Source: Podarcis filfolensis (taxonomy: Eukaryota). Taken from it: DNA of 64,000 bases. How positions within the stretch are numbered: position 1 is the stretch's first letter; each line of letters begins with the position of its first letter. The DNA lies in the NCBI GenBank assembly GCA_964270895.1, contig OZ185441.1. One strand, given 5' to 3'. Both the position numbers and the translations under genes were made by a program. This document shows positions 37,763-51,281 of this stretch, in pieces. Below the pieces are notes generated by a model. It saw only the letters and a program-made list of their open reading frames with translations. It was not told the origin of the DNA and ran no database searches.

Positions 37763-38467
37763 TAAAAATATGGCAATACTTTTTAATTGTTAGAACACAT
37801 AAAAGGAAAAAGAACAATAAAGGAACTACGTTTTCAATTACCTGTTGAGGGAAAAAGTATCACCCTAATCTATCACAGGGCCTCCCAGGCCTACCTAAGG
37901 AAAATAATTCTGAAAAAGGCATTTACTTGTATGCCTATCCCTCAGAACTTTAAATCTCTTTCTCAGGTCACCAGATCTAAGGCTGGCTTTAATATTTCTG
38001 TTTTTAATATTAGTTTTCATTTGCTTGCTTCTGCTTTTTGAGACTTCTAGGTGAGACAGGTAACATAAATCACCACACTCCTCACAGTAATGCGAACTGG
38101 GAAGAAAGCAAAGTGGGGAAAAGCTACAGTGAGTCAACGAAAGACTGAAACATATATAAATATATCGTTTCTAGGAATTAGTGGCACATCTTCTTTGTGC
38201 TAAAATTAGAGACTTTGTGTTTGCTCTTCTTTGTGTAAACTCTGTCTCATATATCAAACTTAATCCAAATACCTGCCTGCAGATAGTTCTGTGATTGCAG
38301 AACTATCTTTTTAAACAGGTGCCATATCCTTGGTGGGACACTATTTAGAGCTGAGGTGAGGAACCTTTTTTGGGCTGAGGGTAGCATTCCTTCTTGGCCA
38401 GCCCTCCAGCATCTGGGTGGGGGCTTAAAATGGTTGTGGCTGTCCCACACTCCCACACATGGAGACA

Positions 38468-38501
<34 letters not shown>
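38468..38501. repeat. (CA)n microsatellite
   Basis: Direct reading. Confidence 0.95.
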
Positions 38502-38503
<2 letters not shown>

Positions 38504-41212
38504 ATCACAGTGGTTGTGGGTGCCCATTGGGAATGGTGAGGTGGAAGGCAATGAGCCCAAGAAGTACATGGAATCAGAACCATTGAGAAGCACAGCCTAT
38601 GAATCCTAGTTTTGTCCCCACTCTCCTCCCTGCAATGAAAAACAAAAGCTATAAAACTTGCAGGTGACAGTCACACCTATTTGTTAATCTGAGGGCAAAG
38701 TCAATGACTAATCATGTAGATGTCATGGCTTGATATGCCAGAAGCAACATGTATTTCTAGGTATAATTAGATTTATGACTTCTCCTTACACCAGCATTCT
38801 TTTAATTGTAATAGTTAACAGGAGAAATAAGTGACAGTCATGACGAGTAGTGAAAAAGCTCAGCAAGTTTTAAGTACAAAATAATGCCACAAATGGTACT
38901 GGAGGACAGGTGGTGTCAGCCTAGGGTTCCAGGGTTTTTCAATGTTATTTTATTACTACAACAAAAATATACTGGTAATTGACAGGAATAGCAAAGAAGA
39001 TTATGAGCATATATATCGTAACCACAGTACAATCCCACAGTACATCTCCTCTGTCTTTCCATAAATACCCAGATCAAACCCAAATCCTTATTTTGTCCTT
39101 GTTCAGCTCCACCACCACCTCTTCACTTCACTCCTCTTCAGCTTCTCTTAGTTACCACAAGATTGTTCAAGGCTGCACCATGGCCTCTGCAAAGAGAACC
39201 AAAACAATCATTAGCCTCTAAGGATTAACAGCTGGCTTGTTGCTGTACAAAAGCTTAGTTCCAGGCAATATGGCTACCCTGATAATTGCATGATAAGGCA
39301 GGACACAAGATGACCAAAGTAGCTGCCACTACCAGCTGAAGGGTAAGAGAAAGAAGCCTTCTAATCTTATCCTGTCTCACTGTGGTCCTGATGAAAACTG
39401 CGCTGTGTCAGTGCAGCTGCTATTGGTGCTGAATACACTTGGGGTGAGCAGAAGAGAACACATTAAAAGTTAGGGTTGCTTTTCTTCAGCCAGCCACCTT
39501 GCTGGCCAGCCACCTTGTATCCACATAATAACTTACTCACTTTTAACATCCAGCCTTAATGGTCTTAGACAATCCAGGCAACTGATGAAAACAAGCAGGG
39601 TTCATGATAAAGCTTGAGTGAACACAAATCTGGAGATGGACTTCTTCCAGTCCCCTACATATTTCCTCCACCATTCATGAAATCCTTAAATTTCCAGGCC
39701 TGATTCAGTAAGAGATTGAACTTGCACAACTTAGAAGCATATAATACCACTGAGTTTGTGACATAGTCTGGTGCCATGCTATATATGCAAGTGACCCATT
39801 CTACTGAAATTGAATGGCTGGCCCTATTGGATTTGAATTAGATGCTACTAATCAAGATCTTAAGAAATATCGTGCCAATATTTCAAATATGCCATAAACT
39901 CCAGTATTTTTAGACTTATTGATCATGCAGGAACATCACAAAAGCACAACTCAATCAGTTTTTAAATGATCTACGGTTGGAGAGATGCATGTAATTAAAA
40001 TACCTTTAAAATTATTGTGCAGGTGTCTGCAACGTTGTTAATGTTCTCTTAATTTATGTTCTATAAATCTATAATTAATGTTCTATAAAAGGACATTCTA
40101 AGTTAATCCTGTTGCACTGCACATGTTCACTCAAATGAAATAATCCTATTTGCCATTCATTAATTTGCTTTAATAGCAGACCTGGTGCTTTGTTAAAATT
40201 CAATTAGCAGAAATATGAAGGCTCCGTTTAAATGCTTCTGCTCTTTGATTTTTACTTGAAATGCTCAGGCAAGGCATTCAATTACAAGTGCAGTTGGTAA
40301 ATATTTTATTTTTCCTTTCCATATGAGCAGACTGTGAAAACGAGCAATGAAGAGTTTTGCCATGAGCACTATAGAAGAGCAGCTGCTCTACTCACTATCC
40401 TATATATATACCCCCACTGGCCACATTCCTTAACCTCAGTCCTGGTCCTGGTTGTACTGGCCACTGGCTTCATTCCTCTAGCCACCCAGGACATGGGAAA
40501 GGTGAGCTTACATATCAAGAAGCTGGCTGCAGATTAAGTAGATTTAATGAGAATGAAAAGGTTAAAGCATATAAGAGTGAAATAATTTTTAAACAGGACA
40601 ACTTATTTCATTCAGCTTTCACTTATCAAGCCTTAAAAACTATCTACTTATTCTGCAGCCTCAACCAACTTGCTGAAACAGATCACCCAAGTGCTCCAGT
40701 GAAAGGCCCTTTTGCAAAGTGCTGCACAGATGGAACTCCAGTTTGGCACCGTCCTATTCTTGGCAAACGTCTGAGGGGCCAGAGGCAAAAGTGAGTGGGC
40801 AATGCTACAGATTTTTACCTTTGTATAGTAAGCAACTCTCTACATACACTCACACCTGTTCATAATTGAACTTGCTGGCTCAGGGTGGAAAATTAAGAGA
40901 GACAGAACACATCCACGAAAGGTACTGACAAGGTTGTGATGAATAATGCGCATATTTGAGTTCCAATTGCTTTGTATTAGGTTCCACTCTACTCTGTTCT
41001 CCTGTGATGCTCACACATTAAATCAATGCCTGTTTGGCGAGCACATGCTGCACAAGCTGTCCTGACTGCATGCACAGCAACTTGGTCCACCCTCTGACAT
41101 CTGCCCACTTAGTACAAATGTCTGCAGCAAGGAAACCGTTGAGGAAACCTTGTGACTGGGATTCCATGGTCCAGCAGGCAGTTTGCGCAAAGGCTGTGGG
41201 TGGGATATTGCC

Positions 41213-41783
41213 GCCTTCTTTTTCTTCTTCTTCTTCTTCTTCTTCTTCTTCTTCTTCTTCTTCTTCTTCTTCTTCCTCTTTTTCTTCTTCTTCCGTCTTC
41301 CTTCTTCTTTGGGGATCACTTGTAACTGAGTAAGATTGTCTTCCATAGACACGGTTTTAACAATGAATCCCTAAGTGACTGGGGAGGCCAATTCTGGATC
41401 CACATGTCCTTCCATATTGGAGACATTGGTTTCTGGGTGGGAGTTGATCACGGTGTGGATATGCCAAGCATACCTTCCTCTTAGCACGTTTCTCCCTTGC
41501 GTCTTGAGTTTGAGTGTCTTCAAAGCCCATGACACCTTTGGTAAAGGCTGTTCTCCAACTGGAGCGCTCGCAGGCCAGTGTTTCCCAGTTGTCAGTGTTT
41601 ATACTACATTTTTTAAAAGATTTGCTTTGAGACAGTCTTTAACCTCTTTTGCTGACCACCAGCATTACGCTTTCCATTTTTAAGTTCAGAATACAGTAGT
41701 TGCTTTGGAAGACGATCATCAGGCATCCGCACAACATGACCAGTCCAATGAAGTTGATGTTGAAGAATCATTGCTTCAACACT
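41213..41783 (-). mobile_element. RTE-clade LINE 3' end with (AAG)n tail
   Basis: SVEAMILQHQLHWTGHVVRMPDDRLPKQLLYSELKNGKRNAGGQQKR is an RTE C-terminal signature; (TTC)n at about 41216-41310; 10-bp TSD ggatattgcc at 41203-41212 and 41784-41793. Confidence 0.9.
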
Positions 41784-44576
41784 GGATATTGCCTTATCCC
41801 ATGGAAGGAAGAGTTTCCCCTCAATCAACTGTCACATGGTAGCAGCCATTCCATCAGGCTGTAGCTAATGGTACAGCCAGATAATCTTAGACCCTGGACT
41901 TAATGGTTTTACTTGGGGAGGAGGGTTTTACAAATTACAGAATTAGCTCTGACATCCTTCTGTTTCATTGTTCCTTCTTTCAGTTAGATCAAGTTTAGCT
42001 AACTTTCTGATCTCAAGCTGTTGTTGGATTACAACTCCCATCTTCCCTGACTGTGGGATTTACAAGTACAATGGAAATGGCAAAAAAGAAGAAGAGAAAA
42101 AGTGGGTCCCTTGGTCATCCTGGGGATTCTAATGTAGTGTATGATCCTGTTCAGTAGAGAGCATGCACACACTGAAAGACCAGCATGGCAGGAAGTGCAT
42201 CCTCACAGTTGCTTTGTGTGCATTTCCTTTTTTTATCTTTGTAGAGATGTTTACAGGGTTGCAGTTGAGGAGACTGTTGAAGTGGGAAATACTTTGCAGT
42301 GAGACAATGATAAACTTCGCAAAAGTGTGATAGCCCACAAAGCCAGAATGTGCTAACTGGATAGACCGCTGTGAGAAAAGCTATGAAGTGGCCTTATCTG
42401 TTTGCTAGTGAAGTTTCCACCACCATGATAAACTGTATCTACTTGGCCCAATAAAAGCAAATGGCATCATTCACTTCTACAGAAGACAGCATACACCAGT
42501 ATGTGACATCATATTTCGAGAGCATAATCTCATTGTCTAAATCATTTCATATGATCTTATTTATAGAAGTCTTTTGCAGGCATGGAGATCAGGAAATTAT
42601 AGTGCAAAGTCTTGATGCTCATCGACAGTTACACATGCATAGGAGGAAGTAATGCAATCCTTAGGGATGCTCCTGCACATGGTTTTTCTGTGTTGGAAGG
42701 TGTGAACTGGTGCTGTGGTCAGTGGAGAATTTCAGGGCTGAAATGCCAAGCATACTTACTTGAAAACAAGTTCCAATCTAATCAATGTAATAGTTTCGAA
42801 GTAGATTAATCACTATTAGGCATTTTTTAAAAAACACAGCCCAACCAAAATATTACAAAACCTTTTACAGTATTGATTTTTAAGGATGCTAGAAGTCGGT
42901 ACAAGAATTTTCAGAATGCCAAGTTTTCTGCCATTATGTATAACACAGAATAATTTCAAAGATCTCTGTGCTTATTTCAAATGATGAACACAAGCCCAAT
43001 ATCTCAATCGATCTTCATGCTCACATTCACTTCAAGACAGTAATGAAAACAATTATATTCAGACTTTATTAGAAGTAGTGCACATTGATGTGAAACTTTG
43101 CATGTTGTAAGTTTGATGTTTAGTCATATTGAGGGGGAAAGCATGAAGTCAATACGCACATTTAACGGCCTGCAATGACAAAGTGAACAGCAAATGAAGG
43201 AAAAGAAATGTCAATTTATTGAATTTTGAGAATCTTCTTGGGGGGGGGAAATAGCTCCTGTCAAAAAAGAAGGTTTCTTACAAACAGGTAATTATTCATA
43301 ATGAATTCCATAGAGAATTCTTTCATTTTATCCAGTGAGTTGTTTCAAGACATCAATAGTGACAGGTTACAGGGTACCTTTAAAGGAAACAGTACAGTGA
43401 AAGGCTTGACTGCCTCAACTGGTGGGTGTTTGATATGTATTATAACACTGTCTTCTTTTAAAAACAGTTTAATAGACAGAACTTGAGATTCCCTAAGGAA
43501 CTTTTAAAAATGCTTTTATTTCCCTCATTAGCTGTCATACTTAGAAAATCTTAATTCTAGGTCTGAATATTTTATCCTGCTAAGCATCTAAAGCACTATA
43601 CATAACATAAGTCTAGGTAAAATATTCAAAAGATCTTCATTGTGGAGTGGTGTTTCATCAGTGTTAATTAGTGGCAGGTCAAGCAAGGGACTCACAGTTA
43701 TTTCACATGAGCACATACTGCATGTACTTTCACTATTGTAGATTTTTGTCAGGGTGAAAAAGAACAGTTCATGCATTTTGAGGTAGTTTGGTATTAGGAT
43801 TAGCAATCAAGTTTTAGCAAAAGAATGGCATGTTTGACATTTGAAAAACAAGCATTTCTACTAATCTTACTCTGTATCGATATATCTCCCTTATTTACTT
43901 GATGATGTTTATTTGGCTTTCTTTTGCCATGTTATTGACTGATTTTATTACTTTTATCTCTTTGTTCCTGTGAGAGCATCTGTGCTGAAAGTTGTGGGAT
44001 AATAAATGTAATGAAAGGTAGATCTATGAAAAATAGGGCAATGTGCAGGCTGCTGTGCATTTCATGTTAAAATGTTCTATACTGCATGACTACTACAGGC
44101 TTGATCCTAATTAATGTTAAGATCCCTTGTAAATGCTGAACATCTTTGGTTACTGTTGACATCTGTAGATGTGAGTATTTCAAAATGATGGAAGATCATA
44201 AACTGTGGGACCTTGTGGAACAAGATGCCTGGGAAGCAGAGTGCCTTTGTCTTCCTTCCGCTGTAGTTCTATTCTACTCCTTTCCACATACCTGTGGGCC
44301 AAAAAAGACGCATAGAATGCCACTGAAGCAAAGAGATGCTGCCTCCAACTGTTCCTACCCAAAGCAGCTCCTCCTTCACTCCTCTGGTCACTTGGGAGAA
44401 GACGGTCTTTGAATAGCTCCGTTGAACACCTGCTGATTTGGAGCCTCTGGACAGTGGAAACTGCTGGGCTGCTTCCAATGTGCAATTATATAAAAATATA
44501 ATAAAACATTAAATATTAAAAAAAAACCCTTCCCTATACAGGATTGCCTTCAGACAGCTCAGGGGTCGGATAACTC

Positions 44577-44713
44577 CATACCCTCCAACATTTCTCCAAT
44601 TCAAATAGAGGCATCCTAAGGAAAACTGGGACATTCCAGGATCAAATCAGAAACTGGGATGGCTTCTATAAATCAGGGACGTCCCTGAAAAATAGGGACA
44701 CTTGGCAGGTCTG
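44577..44713. mobile_element. Non-autonomous DNA transposon (MITE)
   Basis: Termini catacc-ctccaa / ttggcag-gtctg; internal gggacgtccc dyad; known to me only as an abundant lizard repeat. Confidence 0.55.
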
Positions 44714-45228
44714 TTATTGTGTTCTTTGGAAGTGTATAGAATGTAAGAGAGCTTTTATTTAAATTATTGCAAGCTGAGGGCTAGAAAACAATCATTGTAT
44801 TCAACACAAAACTAAAATAAACATGAGGAGAATTTAAAGCATCTAATCATGGTTATTAGATACATTTTATACCCTATTGTTACAGTGTTTGATTAATAAT
44901 TATGTTGGTTCTTCACAAGCAAAAACCTTAAGGAATTTTCCTGCTTGTGAAAATATTATCTTTAATTTGCACTAATTAAAGCTAATACCATGCGCTTGCT
45001 TAATTGCATTCATTTCCCTTTTTAGATTAAAAAAATCCTGTTCAAATAGAACTGAAGGTCATAATGATAAATAGCCCAATATTTATTTACGTATTTAATT
45101 ACAGCAAAATTGTGCAGTCTTTATAATTATTATTATTGTAATAAAAGTAAGAGTTAAGTTTTAGGAGAGTTTGATCCACATCTCTCATCTCCTGATTGGG
45201 AAAGGCAGACTATGAGAAAAAAAGAGTA

Positions 45229-45470
45229 CAGCGGTACCTCAGGTTCCATATGCTTCAGGTTACATACGCTTCAGGTTACAGATTCTGCTAACCCAGAAAT
45301 ATTACCTTGGGTTAAGAACTTTGCTTCAGGATGAGAAAAGAAATCGCGCAGTGGCAGTGCGGCAGCAGCAGGAGGCCCCATTAGCTAAAGTGGTCCTTCA
45401 GGTTAAGAACAGTTTCAGGTTAAGAACAGACCTCCAGAACGAATTAAGTTCTTAACCCGAGGTACCACTG
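45229..45470. mobile_element. Tc1/mariner MITE
   Basis: TIR cagcggtacctc / gaggtaccactg, TA on both flanks; reverse complement of 46156-46397. Confidence 0.9.
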
Positions 45471-45684
45471 TATACTGCTACTTGGAGTTGTCACAGACAA
45501 CCCTTTAGAAGAGCAGGGTAAATGCAACTGCTTCTGAGTAATATTAGATTCCTAGTGCCACAGAAGGCTAGCTTCCAATCTAGAAAATTAGCAAAGTCTG
45601 AGCTTCTTTGCAGCATACAAGGCTTACACTATGATGTGGAGAAAGGGAGAGGCCATGTTTCTAGTGAACACATAACTTAAGGAC

Positions 45685-45772
45685 ATAAGAAGAGCCCTGC
45701 TAGATCAGGGCAGAGGCCTATCTTGTCTAATATCCTGCTCTCACAGTGGCGAACCAGATGCCTGTGGAAGCG
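45685..45772 (-). mobile_element. CR1 3' terminal fragment
   Basis: acataagaagagccctgctagatcagg..atcctgctctcacagtggcgaaccagatgcctgtgg. Confidence 0.65.
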
Positions 45773-46008
45773 GGGGACTTGGGGGCAATGAGGCCTATGA
45801 AATTATTACCCCCCTTTTTTCAGCTTTATGTCTCACCAAAGCTTGTGTTGGGTGGCAGTCATAGTAGAAGTATTTGGCAGCTACTATTCCCCATTCTTAG
45901 AAGCAAAGTTATCTAAAAATGTGATTAAGCCTTTTTGCAAAATATGATTGGTTAATTACTGTGGAAGGAAATTACTGGGGTCCTTTACCTTTTTTTTTTA
46001 CCTTTACC

Positions 46009-46402
46009 CAGTGCCTTTTTTGGGGGGGGGATGCAGGAGTACACATACCCCTAAACATTTTGTGAATCTAAGTTTGGCGTTATTGAGGGGCAGTATTTCA
46101 ATATGAGTAGGAAAATGAGAGTACCCCTAAACATTTTTCTTTTAGAAAAAAAGTATAGTGGTATCTCGGGTTAAGTACTTAATTCGTTCTGGAGGTCTGT
46201 TCTTAACCTGAAACTGTTCTTAACCTGAAGCACCACTTTAGCTAATGGGGCCTCCTGCTGCTGCTGCGCCGCCGGAGCACAATTTCTGTTCTCATCCTGA
46301 AGCAGAGTTCTTAACCCAAGGTACTATTTCTGGGTTAGCGGAGTCTGTAACCTGAAACGTATGTAACCTGAAGTGTATGTAACCCGAGGTACAACTGTAC
46401 TG
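46009..46402. mobile_element. hAT MITE carrying a nested Tc1/mariner MITE in its right TIR
   Basis: Perfect 8-bp TSD cctttacc at 46001-46008 and 46403-46410; TIR cagtgccttttt / aaaaaaag[TA-insert-TA]ctg. Confidence 0.88.
46156..46397. mobile_element. Tc1/mariner MITE (nested)
   Basis: TA duplication at 46154-46155 and 46398-46399; TIR tagtggtatctc / gaggtacaactg. Confidence 0.9.
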
Positions 46403-48499
46403 CCTTTACCTCTTTCCCCATGAAAATCATATGAAAGCAGCAGATGTTTGTACTCACAGCATCTTTCGAAGAAACCATAGCCAAGAATATGCCAAAGTCC
46501 CCTGTCCCTCCCAACCCCTTGCTTGGTCAGTGGGAGAGTTCTTTGGAGAAGATTTTGGGGTGTATACAGCTGCAAAAGGAAGATGCCAACAGCATCCATT
46601 CCACTGGTGGATGGACTTAGTTGGTTTTGAGCCTGTGGTTTTTCATTACAGAATGGTAGCTACAAGGCAGTGTTTTAGACTTTTAGAAACGCTCCTCAAG
46701 ACATCTATTTAAAGATATACAACATTTAAATTTATTATGTGCTTTATGTTGTGCTTTTCCGCTTTAATTTCTGTTTTGCATGATAATGTGCTAAATGTAA
46801 AGGGAAAAAAGTCAGTTTCATCATCTAATTCTGTGTTTGGAATAGTAGATTATTATTATTATTTGTTACCCACCCTTCATCCTAAGGACCCAGGACAGTT
46901 CATAATAATTTAAAATGTGCAATTTTTAAGCAGTGGAGGCATCAAATTTTAATTAGAAACTTCCTTTACGCTGGCATGAAAGTTGGCACTTTGGCATCTT
47001 CCACACAGTTTAAAACCAATTAGAAGGATAGGGTGGGTCCTTATTTCAATTATGAAGAATACTTGTGGGTTTTTTTTTTTAGCTTCCCCTCAGGAAATAC
47101 TATACAACATTCTTATTTGAAAATTTACCATAGTGAATGCCAACAGTATACTTTATTTCTTTCTTACATGTTGGGATGAGAGATAGCATCTTATCTGGAA
47201 TTATTCTATTTGCCTTGGCAAAATCTCTACGGGCAAAATCTTTCATTATCAGTTTTGTTGCCTGTTGTTGTTTCTCTGGCTGTCTAAGTTTAGTCACCAG
47301 GGATATACAGCAGCATAACTTTTTAGACGTTCATCATCTATTACATTTAATCATGTTTGGGTGTAACCCTAAAGAGATTTTACGCCCTTTGGAAAGCTAA
47401 TGTGTGTCAAACGTACATGCCAATGTAAAGGAAGTTTCCAATGAACATTTGAGAAGATACCACCAATGCTTACAGAATGCACATTTAATTTTTTTTGTCA
47501 GTAGTTCATATTGTTGATTTGATCTGATATTATGTAGAGAGATATGATGTAATGGAAAACATTTTCCCCCTTCTAAAGTCCTGGCTGACACCCCAGAACC
47601 ATCTTTCCAAAGGCAGGGAACAGGTTTACCTCTGAAAACACCGAACCTACCCCCACAAAATCTCTTACCTCATCCCTTCAGTGTGCAAACAATTTCTACA
47701 GTCCTGGATTGCAAAACCATTTATGATCATGACCATTGACCATTGATTTATGGTTGGCATCTGCCTTAAAAAGCAAACTGAATTTCCTCCCCATCCTTAG
47801 TTCTGTGCATTCCCTGACACTGAAACTAAATGAGCAGCTCCAGCTGCTGCAACTGATTTCTGTGTAAGCTGCTGAGCAGAAGTATGTGACTAACTGAAAA
47901 CTAAGGCTACACACACACCATACACACTCCCCAAAGAATCCTGGCAACTGTAGTTTGTTAAAGAGTGCTGGAAACTGTAGCTCTGCAAAGGGTAAACTAC
48001 AGGTCTCGTCTGTATGTTTTTGCCCTGGATTATGACCTCATGCATTAACAGCACTGCATATTTACCAGACCACATTCACATGAAATAAAGCCAAAAGGCA
48101 TCATATCATTCTCCATCCATTTTGAAATGCTTGCCAGAGGCTCTGGGAGTCATTATGCCGCATAGAGCCTGTTCCATTCATTTCACCCTATGTTCCAAAT
48201 GCATCTTAGCAAATTTCACAGGTCAGTGTTTTGTTGTGATCCAAATAATGATATTATGAAAAATATAAGAGCCAAATAAATGCTGTATGTCCCCTTTCTG
48301 ATGTCAATGCCCCCCTATGAAATACTCCTGCCTAGCATTTACAGTGATACGTCTTCAGCACCAGGTGAAGTCCTCTTTGTTCAACCAGGCCTTTTAACAT
48401 ATTTTAAACATTTTTGTTTTTTAAAAAAACAGGTATCTGTTTTAAATCTGATGCCAATTATTGTTTTAGTTCCAACTCTAATAGCACCTGTGCACTCTG

Positions 48500-48845
48500 T
48501 GTTACAAATATGTCTGCAAACATGACACAAAGATTGGCAACATTAACTCCACCGTGTGGGAATCCCCTGTAGACAATCACAGCATCTAGAAACAGACAGT
48601 GAGGTTGTGGATCCACAGCAGTGACCAGAGGATGGATGACCAATGGGAGGAGCACAGAGAAAAGAGACACCATGCTGCACCTGTAGCAGCAAAACTGGAT
48701 ATCTTCATCTGCCCCAGCTGCAACAAAACATGTCTCCCCCACATTAGTCTCTACAGCCACAGCAGGTACTCTAACTCTCCAATGGTTTGGCTTTACCCTC
48801 AAAGGCACTCTTCCATTGTCTCCTGAGATAGACAGATGCCAAGAG
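48500..48845 (+). mobile_element. RTE-clade LINE 3' fragment
   Basis: ..DQWEEHREKRHHAAPVAAKLDIFICPSCNKTCLPHISLYSHSR contains the C-terminal C2H2-like knuckle (CxxCx..LYSH) typical of RTE ORF ends. Confidence 0.75.
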
Positions 48846-50340
48846 CAACTACTCTATTTTTACCTCAGTGAGATTTTTATGTTCTTGATTTTGTGTATGC
48901 TAGTGATACACTTTATCTGATTTGCTCTTTTATTGTATTATTTGATGTGCATTCTGATTTTTGTAGTTGAAATTGTTGTACCTCACAGAGGACTAGGTTA
49001 ATAATGACTAGCATATGTAAACAACAGCTAACTATGTCAGTAAGTAAGTAACAGTTGGAAAATATACAGGGACCCTTTTTTTAACTAGTTGGAAGGGAAA
49101 GCAGCAATCAATGGAAGGTTTTCAATAGATAAACTGCTAGCAAGGAAAGAGTCGACCTGCGTCTTCTTTCTCCATCCCACTCCCAAATTTCTATCATTCT
49201 AATCAACCTGAAACCACCTTCAATAGTTTTTCATGAGAAAGGCCTTTGGCTGCTGCTGGTGGCAAGAGTAGTTTGAGGGCCACACTTCTGAGGGGTGTTG
49301 CTCACCTCTGTGAATGTTACATTAGTATCACAGGCAGGTACAAGCATAAATCTGAGTGCAAGGGGACTGTGCTAAATCATATGCCAGGCAACTGCAACAA
49401 ACAGCTCTGCCTCCCAAGTGTCCCTTCATCTCTGGTAGTATCTTAACATTTCTAACTGTGAGCAAAGACACGGGCTGTGCTCAGCTAATTAGGCTTGATA
49501 TCTGAGTTACTTAGTGGCTGGGGAACTGTCCTTAATAGGCGGACAGCTTGCTCTTTTGGATTGCAGGCAATAACTGTTAAATCCTCACTGTCGTCTACCA
49601 GAGGGAATACATTGCAATGTTTCACCTTCCATAATATATAAAATATTGGCATAATGTTCAAAGGAGGCAAAGACAGAATACATAACAAATACATTAGAAA
49701 GTGGTACCTTGAGCGTGTTCATCAGAGGTTGACTTGTAGTCTCTACCCCCAGCATTCTGATTCTTCAAGAGGGAATACGCATGAATTAGATATAAACTAT
49801 AACAACCTCAGCATGGAACATCATGGTGTGAATCACGAGCATTTGCCTTTTACTGTGCTTTCAAACTAGCAACTACAAAACTCCTTAGTGCCTCCAACAC
49901 ACAATTTTAAAATCTGGAAAGTTTCTCTCCCCACTCTCTCCATTGCAAATGATCCCCAACAGCAAGTTTAATCACAATGGGTATGTTATTGGCCTTAGTT
50001 TGTCACCCTCAGAAGACAAGGTAGAGTGGCCAGATGCAGAAGGGGACAAGGCTCCTGCATCCTTTTCTGAATATTTATTAAAAGTGTGGAAGTCCGGTTT
50101 TCTTTTCTGTCTGACCACCCAAACACAAAATTGAAAGAGACACTGCACAATATTCAAACTAAGGCGACAATTCTATGTACGTTCACCTGGGAGTGTTCTA
50201 TGTACGTTCACCGGGAACTGCCTTCCGTATAGGACTGCACTGTAAATTAGTTGAACTCAGTTCATTTTGAAATCAGTGGTCTGTTAGCCATGGGTGTATT
50301 AAGACCCCAAACTAGGAAACTAGCAAAAGAAAGTTGCATG

Positions 50341-50800
50341 GGACTTCCGGGTTAGCGCCATTGGCGAATGGCGGAGTTCCTCCGACCGGAGGAACTGGCT
50401 CCGTGGAAACTGGGTCTACCCGCTGCGGCGAAGGTGGGGACCCGCTAGAAATTCCAGGTGGAAGAAGCCTGGGAACGTGGGGTTCGGCAGAGCACCAGGA
50501 GCGCCTCCCCTACTCACGGGGAACCCCATTTTGGGGCTCCGGAGCGAAGTAGGGTGAGCGGCGTGGTGCTGCGAACGGACTGCTATTTTCACGGAGGGAA
50601 GCCGCATTGCCATTGCCGGAGAGCGCTGACTTTTTCCTGTCGACAATTGGACTCCAAATAAGTACCCGTGAGTAGAAACAGAAAATTGGATCAAGAAATA
50701 TCCTAATTTGGCACCAAAGCAGGAAGGTTCAAAACAGGAAGTCCGCCTTCCGCTTTTTGTAAATAGACTGAAGCAAAAACCTTGTAAGCTAATAGCCTGG
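50341..50800 (+). promoter_or_regulatory. Putative internal Pol II promoter of the L1-derived element
   Basis: CpG-dense island in a CpG-poor window; ETS-like cttccgg at the 5' end; YY1-like cgccatt/aatggcg dyad at 50356-50373; caggaagt near 50735. Confidence 0.55.
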
Positions 50801-51281
50801 AAAGCTGTTTTACAAAGGTTGAAATTTCCTTCATTTATAACTACTAAAACCCCCTTGGAAGCAGGAGAAAAGGGGGGGGGGAATTTAACTGTTCAAGCCT
50901 GCAGGAGAGGGAGTAAAGGAAAATAAGTTTCCACCGTCTCAACCCTGGGAACGGGGTGTCAGAGGCAGAAATTATCGGAGACGTCCATTGACTGTGAACG
51001 GAACATCTTGACAGATAGCAAAAAAAAAAAAGGGAAAAAAAGAAAAAAAGGAAAAAAAAGGAGAAACAAATTGATTCCAATGTTGCCTTTTGCATTTTAA
51101 AGAAACAAAATATTTGAAAATTGAAAGTAACTTTCTTTTGTTGGACATGCTTTAAAAAGATGGACACAAATAGAAATTGTATCCTCTAGAGGGAGCTTGT
51201 CAAATTGCTGCTGCAGTTTACTTGGGGACTTCACAGCTGTGAGATTAACATCATGGGACCAGACTGTGACCTTGAATAAAA

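Noticed and set aside
41023-41352. Poly-Lys and poly-Ser ORFs
   Set aside because: Translation of the (AAG)n tail of the RTE element.
50171-50212. 17-bp direct repeat ttctatgtacgttcacc x2 with an 8-nt spacer (CRISPR-like look)
   Set aside because: Only two units, in eukaryotic DNA; a local tandem duplication.
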